Positions 17,660-27,013 of a DNA stretch of 64,000 bases are shown here, in pieces. The DNA is from an uncultured Candidatus Saccharibacteria bacterium. Its GTDB lineage: Bacteria > Patescibacteriota > Minisyncoccia > Phycocordibacterales > UBA9973. Under the pieces are notes generated by a model, which was given only the letters and a program-made list of their open reading frames with translations, searched no databases and had not been told where the DNA came from. Within the stretch, counting starts at the first letter, position 1, and the number at the start of each line of letters is the position of its first letter. Location: contig CAZSFP010000003.1 of the NCBI GenBank assembly GCA_964606285.1, positions 84,967-148,966 on the forward strand, given 5' to 3'. Both the position numbers and the translations under genes were made by a program.

Positions 17660-19603
17660 TTGTCAGTGACTTATCTCAACGGACTCAACGACAGACAAAA
17701 AGAAGCGGTTCTCCATACGGATGGGCCGCTTTTGATCGTTGCTGGTGCCGGTGCGGGGAAGACAAAGACGATTACCAGTCGTATTGCCCACCTCATCCAC
17801 GAAGGAGTACATCCGAGTCAGATTCTCGCGGTGACATTTACGAACAAAGCTGGCAAAGAAATGAAAGATCGCATCCGCACGATGCTTGCGGGTGTCTCAG
17901 GTATGCCATTCGTCTCAACATTTCACGGCCTCGGCGTCTCTATTCTCCGCGAGCATGGTGAGAAGATCGGTATCAAACGGCAGTTCGTTATTCTCGATGA
18001 AAGTGATGCGGTCAATTTGGTCAAGCAATCCATTATCTTTCTCGGACTTGATCCAAAACAACATGAACCCAAAAAATACAAATCTATTATTTCTAAAATG
18101 AAAGGTGACGGCAAGACAGTTGCCGAAATGAAGAAAGATATTTCTTCTTATACGGGCGAGATGGTTGCGCGCATTTGGCAACGATACGAGGAGCTTGCCG
18201 CCAAAGAACATGGACTCGACTTTGATGATCTTCTGACAAAAAGTGTGACACTTCTCCGATTGCCGGATGTGCGCCAGTCATATCACAACCGCTTCACGCA
18301 TGTGCATATAGATGAATATCAGGATACCAATGGTCTCCAATACGAAATGGTGCGATTGCTCGTCGGTCCTGCGAACAATGTCTGTGTCGTGGGGGACAGT
18401 GATCAGACGATCTACAGCTGGCGCGGTGCAAATATCAAAAATATTCTCTCTTTTGAAACCGATTATCCCGGAGCAAAAAAAGTCCTCCTCGAAGAAAATT
18501 ACCGGTCGACGAGTACTATTCTCGCTGCGGCAAATGCTGTCATCGACAAAAACGAACTCCGCCAGGAAAAGACATTGTTTACAAAAAATAGTTCTGGTCA
18601 CCTGATTACACTTGCTGAATGCTACGATGAATCTGCCGAAGCAGATTATGTCGCAGGAGAAGTGCACAAACTATTGCTTGCTGGTGCCGACCCAGAAAAG
18701 ATCGCGATATTGTACCGAGCAAATTTCCAATCTCGTACGTTTGAAGATGCACTGCTTATGGCACAGATTCCATACCAAGTGTTGGGTACAAAATTCTTTG
18801 AACGAAAAGAAGTCAAAGATGTCCTCTGTTATATTCGTGCAGCCCTCAATCCCGTGTCATTTTCAGATATCAAACGTATCATCAATGTTCCGACACGCGG
18901 TCTCGGCAAGACAACCGTCGACAAACTTTTTGCCGCACATGTCGCGGGAACAAAAGCAGAACTGCCTGCACCAACCGAACGAAAAGTTGAACAATTTTAT
19001 GCATTGCTTAGAGACATCAAAACATATGCCGAAACGCATCAACCTTCCGAGCTTGTTCGTTATGTGATTCTCCACAGCGGTCTCGAAAAAGCACTCAAAG
19101 ATGGTAGTGAAGAAGATCGTGAACGACTCGAGAACATTAAAGAATTGGCAACATTGGCAACTAAGTATGACGATGATAGTGGTCTCGGAGAAAAGTCACC
19201 ATTGCTTGGTGTCGAGAAATTACTCGAAGATGCCGCACTCGCGACTGATCAAGATACACTCCTCAAAGATACCAAAGGCATTCGTCTCATGACGGTCCAT
19301 GCATCGAAAGGTTTGGAATTCAAAACCGTATTTATCGTCGGACTTGAACATGATCTCTTTCCGCATGGACGAGGAAATTCTGCCGGCAGGGAAGAAAAAG
19401 AAGAAGAACGTCGACTCTTTTATGTCGCGATTACTCGCGCTGAAGAAAAATTGTATCTGACCCACGCGACCGTTCGCACGATTTTTGGTTCGCGGCAAAT
19501 CCAGGCACCATCAGAATATCTCTACGACATCCCCGAAGAACTTCTCGAACGCACAAGCTTTGGTTCGCGGTATGGAACAACGAGAGTGATACATCTTGAT
19601 TAA
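17660..19603 (+). CDS. pcrA: ATP-dependent DNA helicase PcrA/UvrD family
   Basis: Helicase motifs: GAGAGKTKT (Walker A), DEYQDTN, VGDSDQTIYSWRGA, ...VTRAEEKLYL. Start is a non-ATG codon (TTG 17660 or GTG 17666) just downstream of a TATAAT at 17653. Confidence 0.9.
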   Translation: MSVTYLNGLNDRQKEAVLHTDGPLLIVAGAGAGKTKTITSRIAHLIHEGVHPSQILAVTFTNKAGKEMKDRIRTMLAGVSGMPFVSTFHGLGVSILREHGEKIGIKRQFVILDESDAVNLVKQSIIFLGLDPKQHEPKKYKSIISKMKGDGKTVAEMKKDISSYTGEMVARIWQRYEELAAKEHGLDFDDLLTKSVTLLRLPDVRQSYHNRFTHVHIDEYQDTNGLQYEMVRLLVGPANNVCVVGDSDQTIYSWRGANIKNILSFETDYPGAKKVLLEENYRSTSTILAAANAVIDKNELRQEKTLFTKNSSGHLITLAECYDESAEADYVAGEVHKLLLAGADPEKIAILYRANFQSRTFEDALLMAQIPYQVLGTKFFERKEVKDVLCYIRAALNPVSFSDIKRIINVPTRGLGKTTVDKLFAAHVAGTKAELPAPTERKVEQFYALLRDIKTYAETHQPSELVRYVILHSGLEKALKDGSEEDRERLENIKELATLATKYDDDSGLGEKSPLLGVEKLLEDAALATDQDTLLKDTKGIRLMTVHASKGLEFKTVFIVGLEHDLFPHGRGNSAGREEKEEERRLFYVAITRAEEKLYLTHATVRTIFGSRQIQAPSEYLYDIPEELLERTSFGSRYGTTRVIHLD

Positions 19604-19633
19604 TTAAAAAGTAAAAAATGAATGTGAATTTTA

Positions 19634-19828
19634 CTCCCCTCCTTATTGAGGAGGGGGTAGGGGGTGGTGGTTTTTAATTCAAATCACCACCTCGTCCTTC
19701 GAATACGAAGTCCACTCCTCCTCGAAAAGGAGGAGAGAATATACTGCGTCGCATAAAGCTATGCAGGATGAAATTTACTTCGTAAATTCCAAACAAAAGT
19801 CCCTCTCCATTTGTGTGGGAGAGGGAAC
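19634..19828. terminator. hairpin-dense convergent intergenic region (at least 5 stem-loops)
   Basis: CTCCCCTCC..GGAGGGGG; GGTGGTG..CACCACC; CTCCTCCTC-GAAAA-GGAGGAGAG; AATTTAC..GTAAATT; TCCCTCTCC-ATTTGTGTG-GGAGAGGGA; between pcrA stop and the stop of the minus gene at 19860. Confidence 0.4.
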
Positions 19829-19859
19829 TGTTTGCAAACGTATGTAATCACTTTAATCT

Positions 19860-20597
19860 TTAGTCAGCGTATTCGCGAACAATAGTAATTGTTTCCTTCT
19901 TCATCTTCTGTACCGGAGGAGGAATCACTACTGAACCAGGTGCTCCTGCCATACAAGTGCTTTGCACCAGTGGTTGGCCAGGTGTTACCGCTACAGGTTG
20001 TTGTTGTGTCCCTGCTGCTCCTGTTTGCTGCGGATGATTGTAATGATGGTGTTGAGTATTGTAATTTACAACCTCTTCTCTTCTTGCTGGTCCTCTGCGT
20101 AAGTAACTTATCAGAGATATAAGAGCCCAAACAAGTAAACAGAAAAGAATGAAAGCAAGTAAGCCAAATAATAACTCCCATACCCATGCAGGTATTTCAA
20201 AATTACTACCTCCATTACCGCCTTCATAATTTCCACCACCACTGTAACTGTTGTTACCATTTGATGGGTTAACCGGAACTACTATAGCTGCATTCTGTGC
20301 GGCAAGAGCTGAATCCATGTTGAATTTTCTCCCCTGGTTTTTGAAACCAAAATCTTTTGTTGTAACGTCTTTTTCAATAGGATATTTAATTACTACTGAA
20401 TCAGAATCACAGCTACTGTTGTAGCGAACAATTTTTTTTGTTTTCCAAACCCAGTTGGCGGTTGAATCAGTGTATACTCCGCTGTCACCTTCCAGGTAAA
20501 GGTCTGGGAAGCTAAGAGATTTCTGCTGATTGTTGTTGCTGCAAGATGAGAAAAATAAAGCGATTATAATTGCAATGAACAGATTGAATATTTTCAT
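19860..20597 (-). CDS. membrane-anchored hypothetical protein (lipoprotein-like signal, one internal TM, Q/P-rich C-terminus)
   Basis: MKIFNLFIAIIIALFFSSCS signal/lipobox-like; TM LLFGLLAFILFCLLVWALISLISYL. Confidence 0.55.
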   Translation of the reverse strand: MKIFNLFIAIIIALFFSSCSNNNQQKSLSFPDLYLEGDSGVYTDSTANWVWKTKKIVRYNSSCDSDSVVIKYPIEKDVTTKDFGFKNQGRKFNMDSALAAQNAAIVVPVNPSNGNNSYSGGGNYEGGNGGSNFEIPAWVWELLFGLLAFILFCLLVWALISLISYLRRGPARREEVVNYNTQHHHYNHPQQTGAAGTQQQPVAVTPGQPLVQSTCMAGAPGSVVIPPPVQKMKKETITIVREYAD

Positions 20598-20766
20598 GAC
20601 TGTCTTTTTCCAGTTCGCGTTTGTTTTGGCGCGATATAGTGGCTCCTTAGGGCCTTTATACTGGGAAGTTAATTCTTGTATAGTATAGCATATACACAGG
20701 AATTGTCAAGGATTTTGAACCTTATTTTATAAGGGTATTTTTGCACATAGGCAGGCAAATACAGTG

Positions 20767-20775
20767 TGCTATACT
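20767..20775 (+). promoter_or_regulatory. extended -10 promoter element (TGCTATACT)
   Basis: TG-n-TATACT about 30 nt upstream of ATG 20806; no well-spaced -35. Confidence 0.3.
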
Positions 20776-20805
20776 GGCTCTATTATTATTTAAATTGTTG
20801 TATAT

Positions 20806-21297
20806 ATGGATAAAAAAACAGTAGGGACAATCATTGCATTCGTAATTTTCATCGGCCTCGTCGTCTATGGGCTCGTGTATCAGAAAAAAAGTGATACACA
20901 GATTCCTCCGGCTGATCTTTCATCCGATGTATCACAGCAAACAGAAAAGACACCACCTATGGATTCTCAAAATGAACAACAGTTGGGTATTGAAGTATTG
21001 AAAGCAGGTACAGGCGCAGAAGCAATTGATGGCAAACAAGTGACCGTGAACTACACGGGAACATTTACTGACGGTTCAGTCTTTGATTCATCAATCGGCA
21101 AGGCACCATTTGTCTTTACACTTGGTGCAGGACAAGTTATCAAAGGATGGGACATGGGCGTGAAGGGAATGAAAGTTGGCGAGAAGCGAAAACTTACAAT
21201 TCCATACACACTTGGCTATGGTGAAGGCGGTTACCCAGGTGTTATCCCGCCAAAAGCAACACTTATATTTGAGGTTGAATTGCTTGATGTAAAATAG
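20806..21297 (+). CDS. FKBP-type peptidyl-prolyl cis-trans isomerase (membrane-anchored)
   Basis: N-terminal TM; FKBP domain [18 protein letters not shown]...[30 protein letters not shown]...[10 protein letters not shown]. Confidence 0.85.
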   Translation: MDKKTVGTIIAFVIFIGLVVYGLVYQKKSDTQIPPADLSSDVSQQTEKTPPMDSQNEQQLGIEVLKAGTGAEAIDGKQVTVNYTGTFTDGSVFDSSIGKAPFVFTLGAGQVIKGWDMGVKGMKVGEKRKLTIPYTLGYGEGGYPGVIPPKATLIFEVELLDVK

Positions 21298-21306
21298 AAA
21301 ACAAAT

Positions 21307-21353
21307 CTTTAGAAATACAAAATCCCGCAAAGCGGGATTTTGTATTTCTAAAG
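21307..21353 (+). terminator. intrinsic terminator (22-bp stem)
   Basis: CTTTAGAAATACAAAATCCCGC-AAA-GCGGGATTTTGTATTTCTAAAG. Confidence 0.6.
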
Positions 21354-21381
21354 ATTATAGACTAGGCACTAACGACTAATC
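21354..21381. repeat. heptanucleotide-periodic tract (ACTANNN)
   Basis: ATTATAG ACTAGGC ACTAACG ACTAATC directly after the terminator. Confidence 0.4.
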
Positions 21382-21441
21382 TTCTTGTAATATTTTGTTA
21401 TACTGTACGTCAGGGAGTATATAACAAGTAATATTTTATTT

Positions 21442-22224
21442 ATGGATTATTTCAATCAAAAACCGTATGTTGTGCTCGCGAGTATGGTCGCAGTACCACT
21501 CGCATTGTTCCTCATCGTTTCAACTGTTGTGTCTGGAAGTGAGGCGTCTCGCGCTAGTGCATCTCAGACTATTTCAGTCACGGGTCATGGAGAGGTATTT
21601 GCTGTTCCTGATATTGCACGGATTTCATTTTCAGTAATGAGTGAAAAGAAAACAATTACCGAAGCACAAAAAGATGTGTCAGCAAAAGTAACGAAAGCAA
21701 TTGATGCGCTTAAAGCAAAAGGCATCGCTGAAAAAGATATCAAGACCGAAGGATATAATTCATATCCAAAGTATGAATATCAAAATGTATCCTGTGCAGT
21801 AAATTATTGCCCACCAGGAAAACAGATATTGGTCGGTTATGAAGTAACCCAATCAATTTCAGTCAAAGTTCGTGATGTCGACACCACAGGAGAAATCGTC
21901 GACCTCATCGGTGCGTCAGGTATCACTCAGATTTCTGGCCCAGAATTTGCTATTGATGATGAAGACACATTGATTGCAGAAGCTCGAGAACAAGCAATTG
22001 CTGATGCAAAACAAAAAGCAAGAATTCTTTCACGCCAGCTCCACGTCTCACTTCGCCATATCGTTTCATTTTCTGAAAACGGTGGTGGTATGCCGCCGAT
22101 CATGTATGATCGCGCAGTTATGAACATGAGTGGTGCAGAATCCGCACCAGCTCCAAAGTCTACTCTCCCAACAGGCGAGAACAAGATTACGAGCGATGTG
22201 ACGATTACGTACGAGATTAGATAA
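21442..22224 (+). CDS. SIMPL/DUF541 domain protein (YggE-like)
   Basis: N-terminal TM then SIMPL-type sequence (ISVTGHGEVFAVPDIARISFSVMSE...AKQKARILS...). Confidence 0.65.
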   Translation: MDYFNQKPYVVLASMVAVPLALFLIVSTVVSGSEASRASASQTISVTGHGEVFAVPDIARISFSVMSEKKTITEAQKDVSAKVTKAIDALKAKGIAEKDIKTEGYNSYPKYEYQNVSCAVNYCPPGKQILVGYEVTQSISVKVRDVDTTGEIVDLIGASGITQISGPEFAIDDEDTLIAEAREQAIADAKQKARILSRQLHVSLRHIVSFSENGGGMPPIMYDRAVMNMSGAESAPAPKSTLPTGENKITSDVTITYEIR

Positions 22225-22226
22225 TA

Positions 22227-22329
22227 CAGTCTTTAGTCTATAGTGCTTAGTCTTTAGTAAAACAACCCACTTCAGCGGGTTGTTTTTGTTTTTCACTAAA
22301 GACTATAGACTAGGCACTAAGCACTTGCA
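22227..22329. repeat. inverted pair of heptamer tracts flanking a terminator hairpin
   Basis: CTTTAGT CTATAGT GCTTAGT CTTTAGT then AAAACAACCCACTTCAGCGGGTTGTTTTTG then ACTAAAG ACTATAG ACTAGGC ACTAAGC; arms are mutually reverse-complementary in composition. Confidence 0.5.
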
Positions 22330-22397
22330 TTTTCGTACTATGTCTTATATAGTGTATCTAAGGCGCCCCGGGAGGGCGTTTTAAACTACCAAATTTT

Positions 22398-22574
22398 ATG
22401 TCTATTATTTCATATCTTAAATCAACTCGTGCAGAACTCGTTCATATCAAATGGCCGAGCCGCAAACAGGTCATCTGGTTCACGATACTCGTTATTATTG
22501 TATCTATCGCGTTCGCATACTTCCTCGGCGGATTTGACGCTATTTTTGCAAAACTTTTACAAGCAGTTATCTAA
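22398..22574 (+). CDS. secE: preprotein translocase subunit SecE (58 aa; below ORF-track cutoff)
   Basis: MSIISYLKSTRAELVHIKWPSRKQVIWFTILVIIVSIAFAYFLGGFDAIFAKLLQAVI; single TM; immediately upstream of nusG (secE-nusG synteny). Confidence 0.75.
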   Translation: MSIISYLKSTRAELVHIKWPSRKQVIWFTILVIIVSIAFAYFLGGFDAIFAKLLQAVI

Positions 22575-22589
22575 TCAATTCTATTTTTT

Positions 22590-23138
22590 ATGGCAAAACA
22601 AGAAGTCACAGGGGAACGGCACTGGTACGCGATTCACACATATTCAGGATATGAAAATGCAGTGCTTCGCAATCTTCGTCAGCGTATCGACAGTCTCGGT
22701 ATGCAGGACAAGATCTTTAATGTGATCGTGCCTGTTGAAAAGAAAATCAAAATCAAAGGCAGTAAGCGTGTTGAAGTTGAAGAAAAAATCTATCCTGGTT
22801 ATATTCTCGTGGATATGATCGTGACGGATGACTCATGGTATGTCGTTCGAAACACACCACGCGTGACTGGATTCGTTGGTGCGGGTATCAACCCAGTCCC
22901 ACTACTCCAGAGTGAAATCGATTTCCTTTTTTCTCGTATGGATGGCGAGAAAACTGCGAAACATACAATCGATCTCGAAATTGGTGAAACTATCCTCATT
23001 GCTGATGGTCCGTTCAAGGATTCTGAAGGTCGTGTGTCTGAAGTCGATAGTGAACGCGGTAAGGTCAAAGTACTCGTCTCGCTTTTCGGTCGCGAAACAC
23101 CAGTGGAACTCGATTTCTTGCAGGTTAAAAAGATGTAA
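22590..23138 (+). CDS. nusG: transcription antitermination factor NusG
   Basis: NGN domain (WYAIHTYSGYENAV...) and KOW motif (GETILIADGPFKDSEGRVSEV). Confidence 0.9.
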   Translation: MAKQEVTGERHWYAIHTYSGYENAVLRNLRQRIDSLGMQDKIFNVIVPVEKKIKIKGSKRVEVEEKIYPGYILVDMIVTDDSWYVVRNTPRVTGFVGAGINPVPLLQSEIDFLFSRMDGEKTAKHTIDLEIGETILIADGPFKDSEGRVSEVDSERGKVKVLVSLFGRETPVELDFLQVKKM

Positions 23139-23144
23139 GGGACA

Positions 23145-23186
23145 GGTTAAAGGTGATAGGTACAAGGTTACGGTAAATACAGATAC
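23145..23186. repeat. heptanucleotide-periodic tract (AGGTNNN x4-6)
   Basis: AGGTTAA AGGTGAT AGGTACA AGGTTAC GGTAAAT ACAGATA directly after nusG stop. Confidence 0.45.
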
Positions 23187-23265
23187 AACTTTACTTCTCT
23201 TATAATTTCTGGTAATCTACGTCCGTTACGCTTTTGCTTCACTAGTTTCTCTATTCACTAAATTT

Positions 23266-23691
23266 ATGGCTAAAAAAATAATCAAAAAAGTAAAGTTTCG
23301 TGCAGCGGCCGGCAAAGCAACGCCTGCGCCACCACTCGGTCCTACGCTCGGTCAGGCCGGTGTGAACATCGCTGATTTCGTTCAGAAATTCAACGCAGCA
23401 ACACAAGGTGCTATCGGAGATATCGTCGGTGTCAAACTCACTGTGTACGAAGATCGTAGTTATGACTTCGTCGTCAGTACACCACCAGTCGCCAACCTTC
23501 TCTTCAAAGCCGCTGGCGTTGAAGGAGGCTCAGGCAAGCCAAATGTTTCAAAAGCAGGAAAAATTACAAAGGCGCAATTGAAAGAGATTGCTGAGAAAAA
23601 AATGCCTGATTTGAATGCAAATGACATCGAAGCTGCTATGAAAATCGTTGCCGGATCAGCTCGCGCTGCAGGTATCGAAATCGTTGGATAA
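23266..23691 (+). CDS. rplK: 50S ribosomal protein L11
   Basis: [11 protein letters not shown]...[16 protein letters not shown]...; rplA does not follow (a terminator does). Confidence 0.95.
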   Translation: MAKKIIKKVKFRAAAGKATPAPPLGPTLGQAGVNIADFVQKFNAATQGAIGDIVGVKLTVYEDRSYDFVVSTPPVANLLFKAAGVEGGSGKPNVSKAGKITKAQLKEIAEKKMPDLNANDIEAAMKIVAGSARAAGIEIVG

Positions 23692-23708
23692 CCTCCAAAA
23701 TAAAGCTC

Positions 23709-23741
23709 AAAATACGCCCTCCGGGGCGTATTTGCTTTTTA
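23709..23741 (+). terminator. intrinsic terminator
   Basis: AATACGCCCTCCGGGGCGTATTTGCTTTTT. Confidence 0.5.
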
Positions 23742-23779
23742 TGGAGAGAAGAGTATAGTTTGGGAGAAATCTTAAAAAC

Positions 23780-24409
23780 ATGAATATGGAACCAAGAAGA
23801 AATATCAAAACGTTGAATATTATGGACCGTGGTGTTCATGAAGAAGACAGAGTAATTCGTGATCTTGAAGCTCTTTTGTGGGTAGTTGAATACTTCAAAA
23901 GAGAAGGAAAAAGAATTGTGTATACCGGGGGTGTTTATGACCTCTTTCATATTGGACAGGCTCTCTATTTAGAAAAAGCAAAAGAGATGGGAGACATTCT
24001 GATAGTAGGGGTTGATTCAGACGCATTGGCCGGTCAGCGCAAAGATCCAACTCGGCCGATTGTAAAACTAGAAGAGAGAATTCAGATTTTGGTAAGAAAT
24101 CGTTCAGTTGACATTGTTACTGTTCGAAATGAAAAAGATGATCCCTTTATGCTTGTTAAAAAAATAAAACCTCACGTTCTTGTGATGTCAAAAAGCACAA
24201 AGGATATTACCGAAGAAGAGATAAGAGAAGGATACAAGGATGACATAGAAAAACTTGTTGTTCTTGAACCGCAGGCACTAACTTCAACTTCAGCAAGAAT
24301 TGGACAATTGATGCATAGTGGTGCGAGTGAATTAAATGAAAAAATTCAAGCAGTTCTCACTGAACATTTCAAATCAGTTCAAAAAGGAGGTGGTAATGAC
24401 AAAAAATAA
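23780..24409 (+). CDS. cytidylyltransferase-family nucleotidyltransferase (RfaE domain II / TagD-like)
   Basis: YTGGVYDLFHIGQALYLEKAKEMGDILIVGVDSDA matches the (H/T)xGH nucleotidyltransferase fold of ADP-heptose synthase and glycerol-3-P cytidylyltransferase. Confidence 0.6.
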   Translation: MNMEPRRNIKTLNIMDRGVHEEDRVIRDLEALLWVVEYFKREGKRIVYTGGVYDLFHIGQALYLEKAKEMGDILIVGVDSDALAGQRKDPTRPIVKLEERIQILVRNRSVDIVTVRNEKDDPFMLVKKIKPHVLVMSKSTKDITEEEIREGYKDDIEKLVVLEPQALTSTSARIGQLMHSGASELNEKIQAVLTEHFKSVQKGGGNDKK

Positions 24410-25325
24410 CAGTATCCTCTTTTTTTATGCTTCTGTTCCTCACAATGGCTATCGTAAATTTTTGGAACGTAATGCATCTGCAGAAAAAATCTTTCTTCTT
24501 GATGAAACTGTCATTCGTACTTTGATGTACGGAAAAGAAAGACAGTATTTGGGTCGCAGTTTTGTTCATGCTATTGAACCAAAATTCGTGGCACAATCGC
24601 TTCGTTTTATGGGAGTTGAATCCCAGTCTGCGTATCATTCGAAACTTTGTGTGATATCACATGACACATTGCAGAACCCTGAATTTGTCACAGAGCTCAA
24701 AACCTACGATACGATAATCCTTCCTTATGAAGACATCAGTTTATTCTTCAAAGAAGATTATCTGAAACCACTCGACTTAGAATCAAGGGTTTCTATGACT
24801 GATAATACATTTCTTCGTTGGAATCAACTTATTCCTAAACAAGGAGAAACACAGCCAGATTTTATGCTCCCTGTTGTACCCACTTTTTTGAGGACCGTTG
24901 CGCAGGCTGCGTATACAGAAGCAAAAAAAAGTTCTGATTCGTGGCGGAACGTAGGAGCGATATTGTTCAATTCAGATAATGACGAAATCATTTTTACTGC
25001 ATTCAACAAGCATCTTCCTGAACATGAGCCATACATTCATGGTGATCCTCGTGCATATCTGAATGCTGGTGAAGAACCTGATTGGGTGACAGCTATTCAT
25101 GCTGAACAAAGCATATTTGCCCAAGCACTTAATAAAGGTGTTTCAATGATAGGAAAATCTCTGTACACCACGACATATCCATGTCCGGTGTGTGCGAAAA
25201 TGATTGCACTATCCGGTATCAAACAGGTGTATTACACTGAAGGGTATTCTGTTATGGAGCAAGCAGGTTCTGTCATGAAAGATTATGGTGTTGAAATTAT
25301 TGAAATACCATCTTCTGTTCTTTAA
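24396..25325 (+). CDS. CMP/dCMP deaminase zinc-binding domain protein with ~190-aa N-terminal extension
   Basis: RBS AAAGGAGGTGG before ATG 24396; C-terminal HAEQ ... PCPVCAKMI zinc-binding deaminase motifs. Confidence 0.7.
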   Translation: MTKNNSILFFYASVPHNGYRKFLERNASAEKIFLLDETVIRTLMYGKERQYLGRSFVHAIEPKFVAQSLRFMGVESQSAYHSKLCVISHDTLQNPEFVTELKTYDTIILPYEDISLFFKEDYLKPLDLESRVSMTDNTFLRWNQLIPKQGETQPDFMLPVVPTFLRTVAQAAYTEAKKSSDSWRNVGAILFNSDNDEIIFTAFNKHLPEHEPYIHGDPRAYLNAGEEPDWVTAIHAEQSIFAQALNKGVSMIGKSLYTTTYPCPVCAKMIALSGIKQVYYTEGYSVMEQAGSVMKDYGVEIIEIPSSVL

Positions 25326-25328
25326 ATA

Positions 25329-25359
25329 AAAAAAATCCCGCATATCGTGCGGGATTTTT
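25329..25359. terminator. bidirectional intrinsic terminator
   Basis: AAAAATCCCGCATATCGTGCGGGATTTTT between convergent gene ends. Confidence 0.55.
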
Positions 25360-25365
25360 GTTTTA

Positions 25366-26346
25366 CTAAAGAACTGTGTCAACTTTCATTTCAGGGTGGG
25401 CATCATAATCACTTAAATGAAAATGTTCGGGTCTGATCGAAAAGAAGTCTTTTACCGGATTTCCTGTTGGTTCGAAATCAAGAGTTACAGTCGGAAGTCT
25501 TTTTGCTTTTCTTCCAATCATGATTCGCACATTTTCTTCTTGGAGATTGTATATGTGCGAATCTACCATCATATGGTGATACGTATCAAATGTGTATCCA
25601 AGTACACACGCAAGCATCATTCCAATCGCTGGATAATGAATCATGTTATACGGAACACCTGTTGGAATATCAGCTGATCGTTGTAAATGCATAAGATAGA
25701 GCAGTTTGTTTTTAACATCAAGCTCAACCTGTACATCTCCGTGACAGGGTGCAACAACGACCTGGCGTTTTCCATCAGGAACAATAATTCCTGGGGGATA
25801 CCAATTTACGACACGATGAGTGAAGGCACTTGGAGATTTGACCATTTGTTTAATGATGTTTTCCCACTGGTTAATTGTTTTACCGTCTTCAGTGGGAAAT
25901 TTGCCCCAGATGCCTCCATACGAGTAACGACCGAGATGTTCACCTTTATTATTTTCAGGAAGATCAAAGTAACAATTACCATTTTTATCATACGTGTGTT
26001 CAACTTTTGTCCAACGTTTCCACCAGTATTTTGGTAATCCAAATGCTTTTAATTCATTGAGTGTAGTTGCTCCATGAATGAAACCAATAATTTCAGCTAT
26101 CGCATATCTCATCATTGTTTCAGCACTGATACCTTTTTCTTCATTTCCAAGTCTTCGTTCTGTTATTACAGGAAAACCATTTTTCATTTTAAATACCATT
26201 CCATTCATGAAAAACTTTCTTACAGTTCCTTCATGAAATTGTGGATCACGTACCATTTTACTGGCCAGTGCTTTGCAGAGAGCAGTTTGATACTGATTGT
26301 TGGTCTCACGTTCTCCATAAGGTACATAGTCGATAATTTTACTCAT
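25366..26346 (-). CDS. thyA: thymidylate synthase family protein (ThyA-like, divergent N-terminus)
   Basis: Catalytic APCHG, QRSADIPTGVPYNM (Asn of the dUMP-specificity position retained), VDSHIY; RTGTGT phosphate-binding loop replaced by HEGTVRK. Confidence 0.75.
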   Translation of the reverse strand: MSKIIDYVPYGERETNNQYQTALCKALASKMVRDPQFHEGTVRKFFMNGMVFKMKNGFPVITERRLGNEEKGISAETMMRYAIAEIIGFIHGATTLNELKAFGLPKYWWKRWTKVEHTYDKNGNCYFDLPENNKGEHLGRYSYGGIWGKFPTEDGKTINQWENIIKQMVKSPSAFTHRVVNWYPPGIIVPDGKRQVVVAPCHGDVQVELDVKNKLLYLMHLQRSADIPTGVPYNMIHYPAIGMMLACVLGYTFDTYHHMMVDSHIYNLQEENVRIMIGRKAKRLPTVTLDFEPTGNPVKDFFSIRPEHFHLSDYDAHPEMKVDTVL

Positions 26347-26833
26347 TGTTTCCTCCTTTTTTGTTTGTTGATTCTACATTGCTTCCGACCCAGAATGGTA
26401 TCGGATTTTTTTCGTGTGGTTCAATCAAATGAAAATGCAATCGTTTGACACTGGCACCTGATAGTCTACTGTCGCCAAAGCGGCATCCGAACATTCCACC
26501 AGTGATGTTATGATCGTGTTTTATTTGTTTTACTGTTCTTCGTACTGCAAGATATACCTCATCGGATAAATCTTCCGGTGATTGTGCAAATTCTTTCATA
26601 ATGAGCACAAAATGATGTTTGCGGTCCGTATAGAATTTATTGCGGATAACCCAGCAATGTTTCAAATCGTAGAGAAGTTCGTTACCTAAAGCTAGAATTT
26701 CTTCGAGAGAACCAAATGGGTCAATGTTACGCTCTAAAATATCAAGATATACTTTCATCTGATCTTGTGAACGAACATTCGCGAGATCGACAAAGTCGTT
26801 CTGTTCTGTGTGTTGTTTTACTTCTTCCAGCAT
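26339..26833 (-). CDS. HIT-like protein with degenerate triad (H-F-H-L-I)
   Basis: KHHFVLIMKE and GASVKRLHFHLIEP align with HIT-fold motifs; overlaps thyA start by 8 nt (operon). Confidence 0.45.
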   Translation of the reverse strand: MLEEVKQHTEQNDFVDLANVRSQDQMKVYLDILERNIDPFGSLEEILALGNELLYDLKHCWVIRNKFYTDRKHHFVLIMKEFAQSPEDLSDEVYLAVRRTVKQIKHDHNITGGMFGCRFGDSRLSGASVKRLHFHLIEPHEKNPIPFWVGSNVESTNKKGGNNE

Positions 26834-26959
26834 AATTCAGTTGTTAAATGTTTTACCTAAAAGTACAGGAAAAAAGCACTTCTGTCAATGAGACAAGAAA
26901 AATAAAAAATTCCTTAAAATAACGATTTTTAACTATATTTTTTATGATATTTATCGAGT

Positions 26960-26987
26960 TTGACTAAAGTCACAGAAAGAATATACT
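26960..26987 (+). promoter_or_regulatory. sigma70-like promoter
   Basis: TTGACT, 16-nt spacer, TATACT; 27 nt upstream of ATG 27014. Confidence 0.4.
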
Positions 26988-27013
26988 GACTCAAAACTAA
27001 AAAATTGGAAATT

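Noticed and set aside
19860-20187. 107-aa minus ORF in the same region as the 19860..20597 gene (different frame)
   Set aside because: Nested in another frame of the longer signal-peptide-bearing ORF.
23139-23265. L11/L1 operon leader (rplKA autoregulatory site) between nusG and rplK
   Set aside because: No rplA follows rplK here, and the region is occupied by AGGTNNN heptamer repeats rather than an L1-binding mimic of 23S rRNA.
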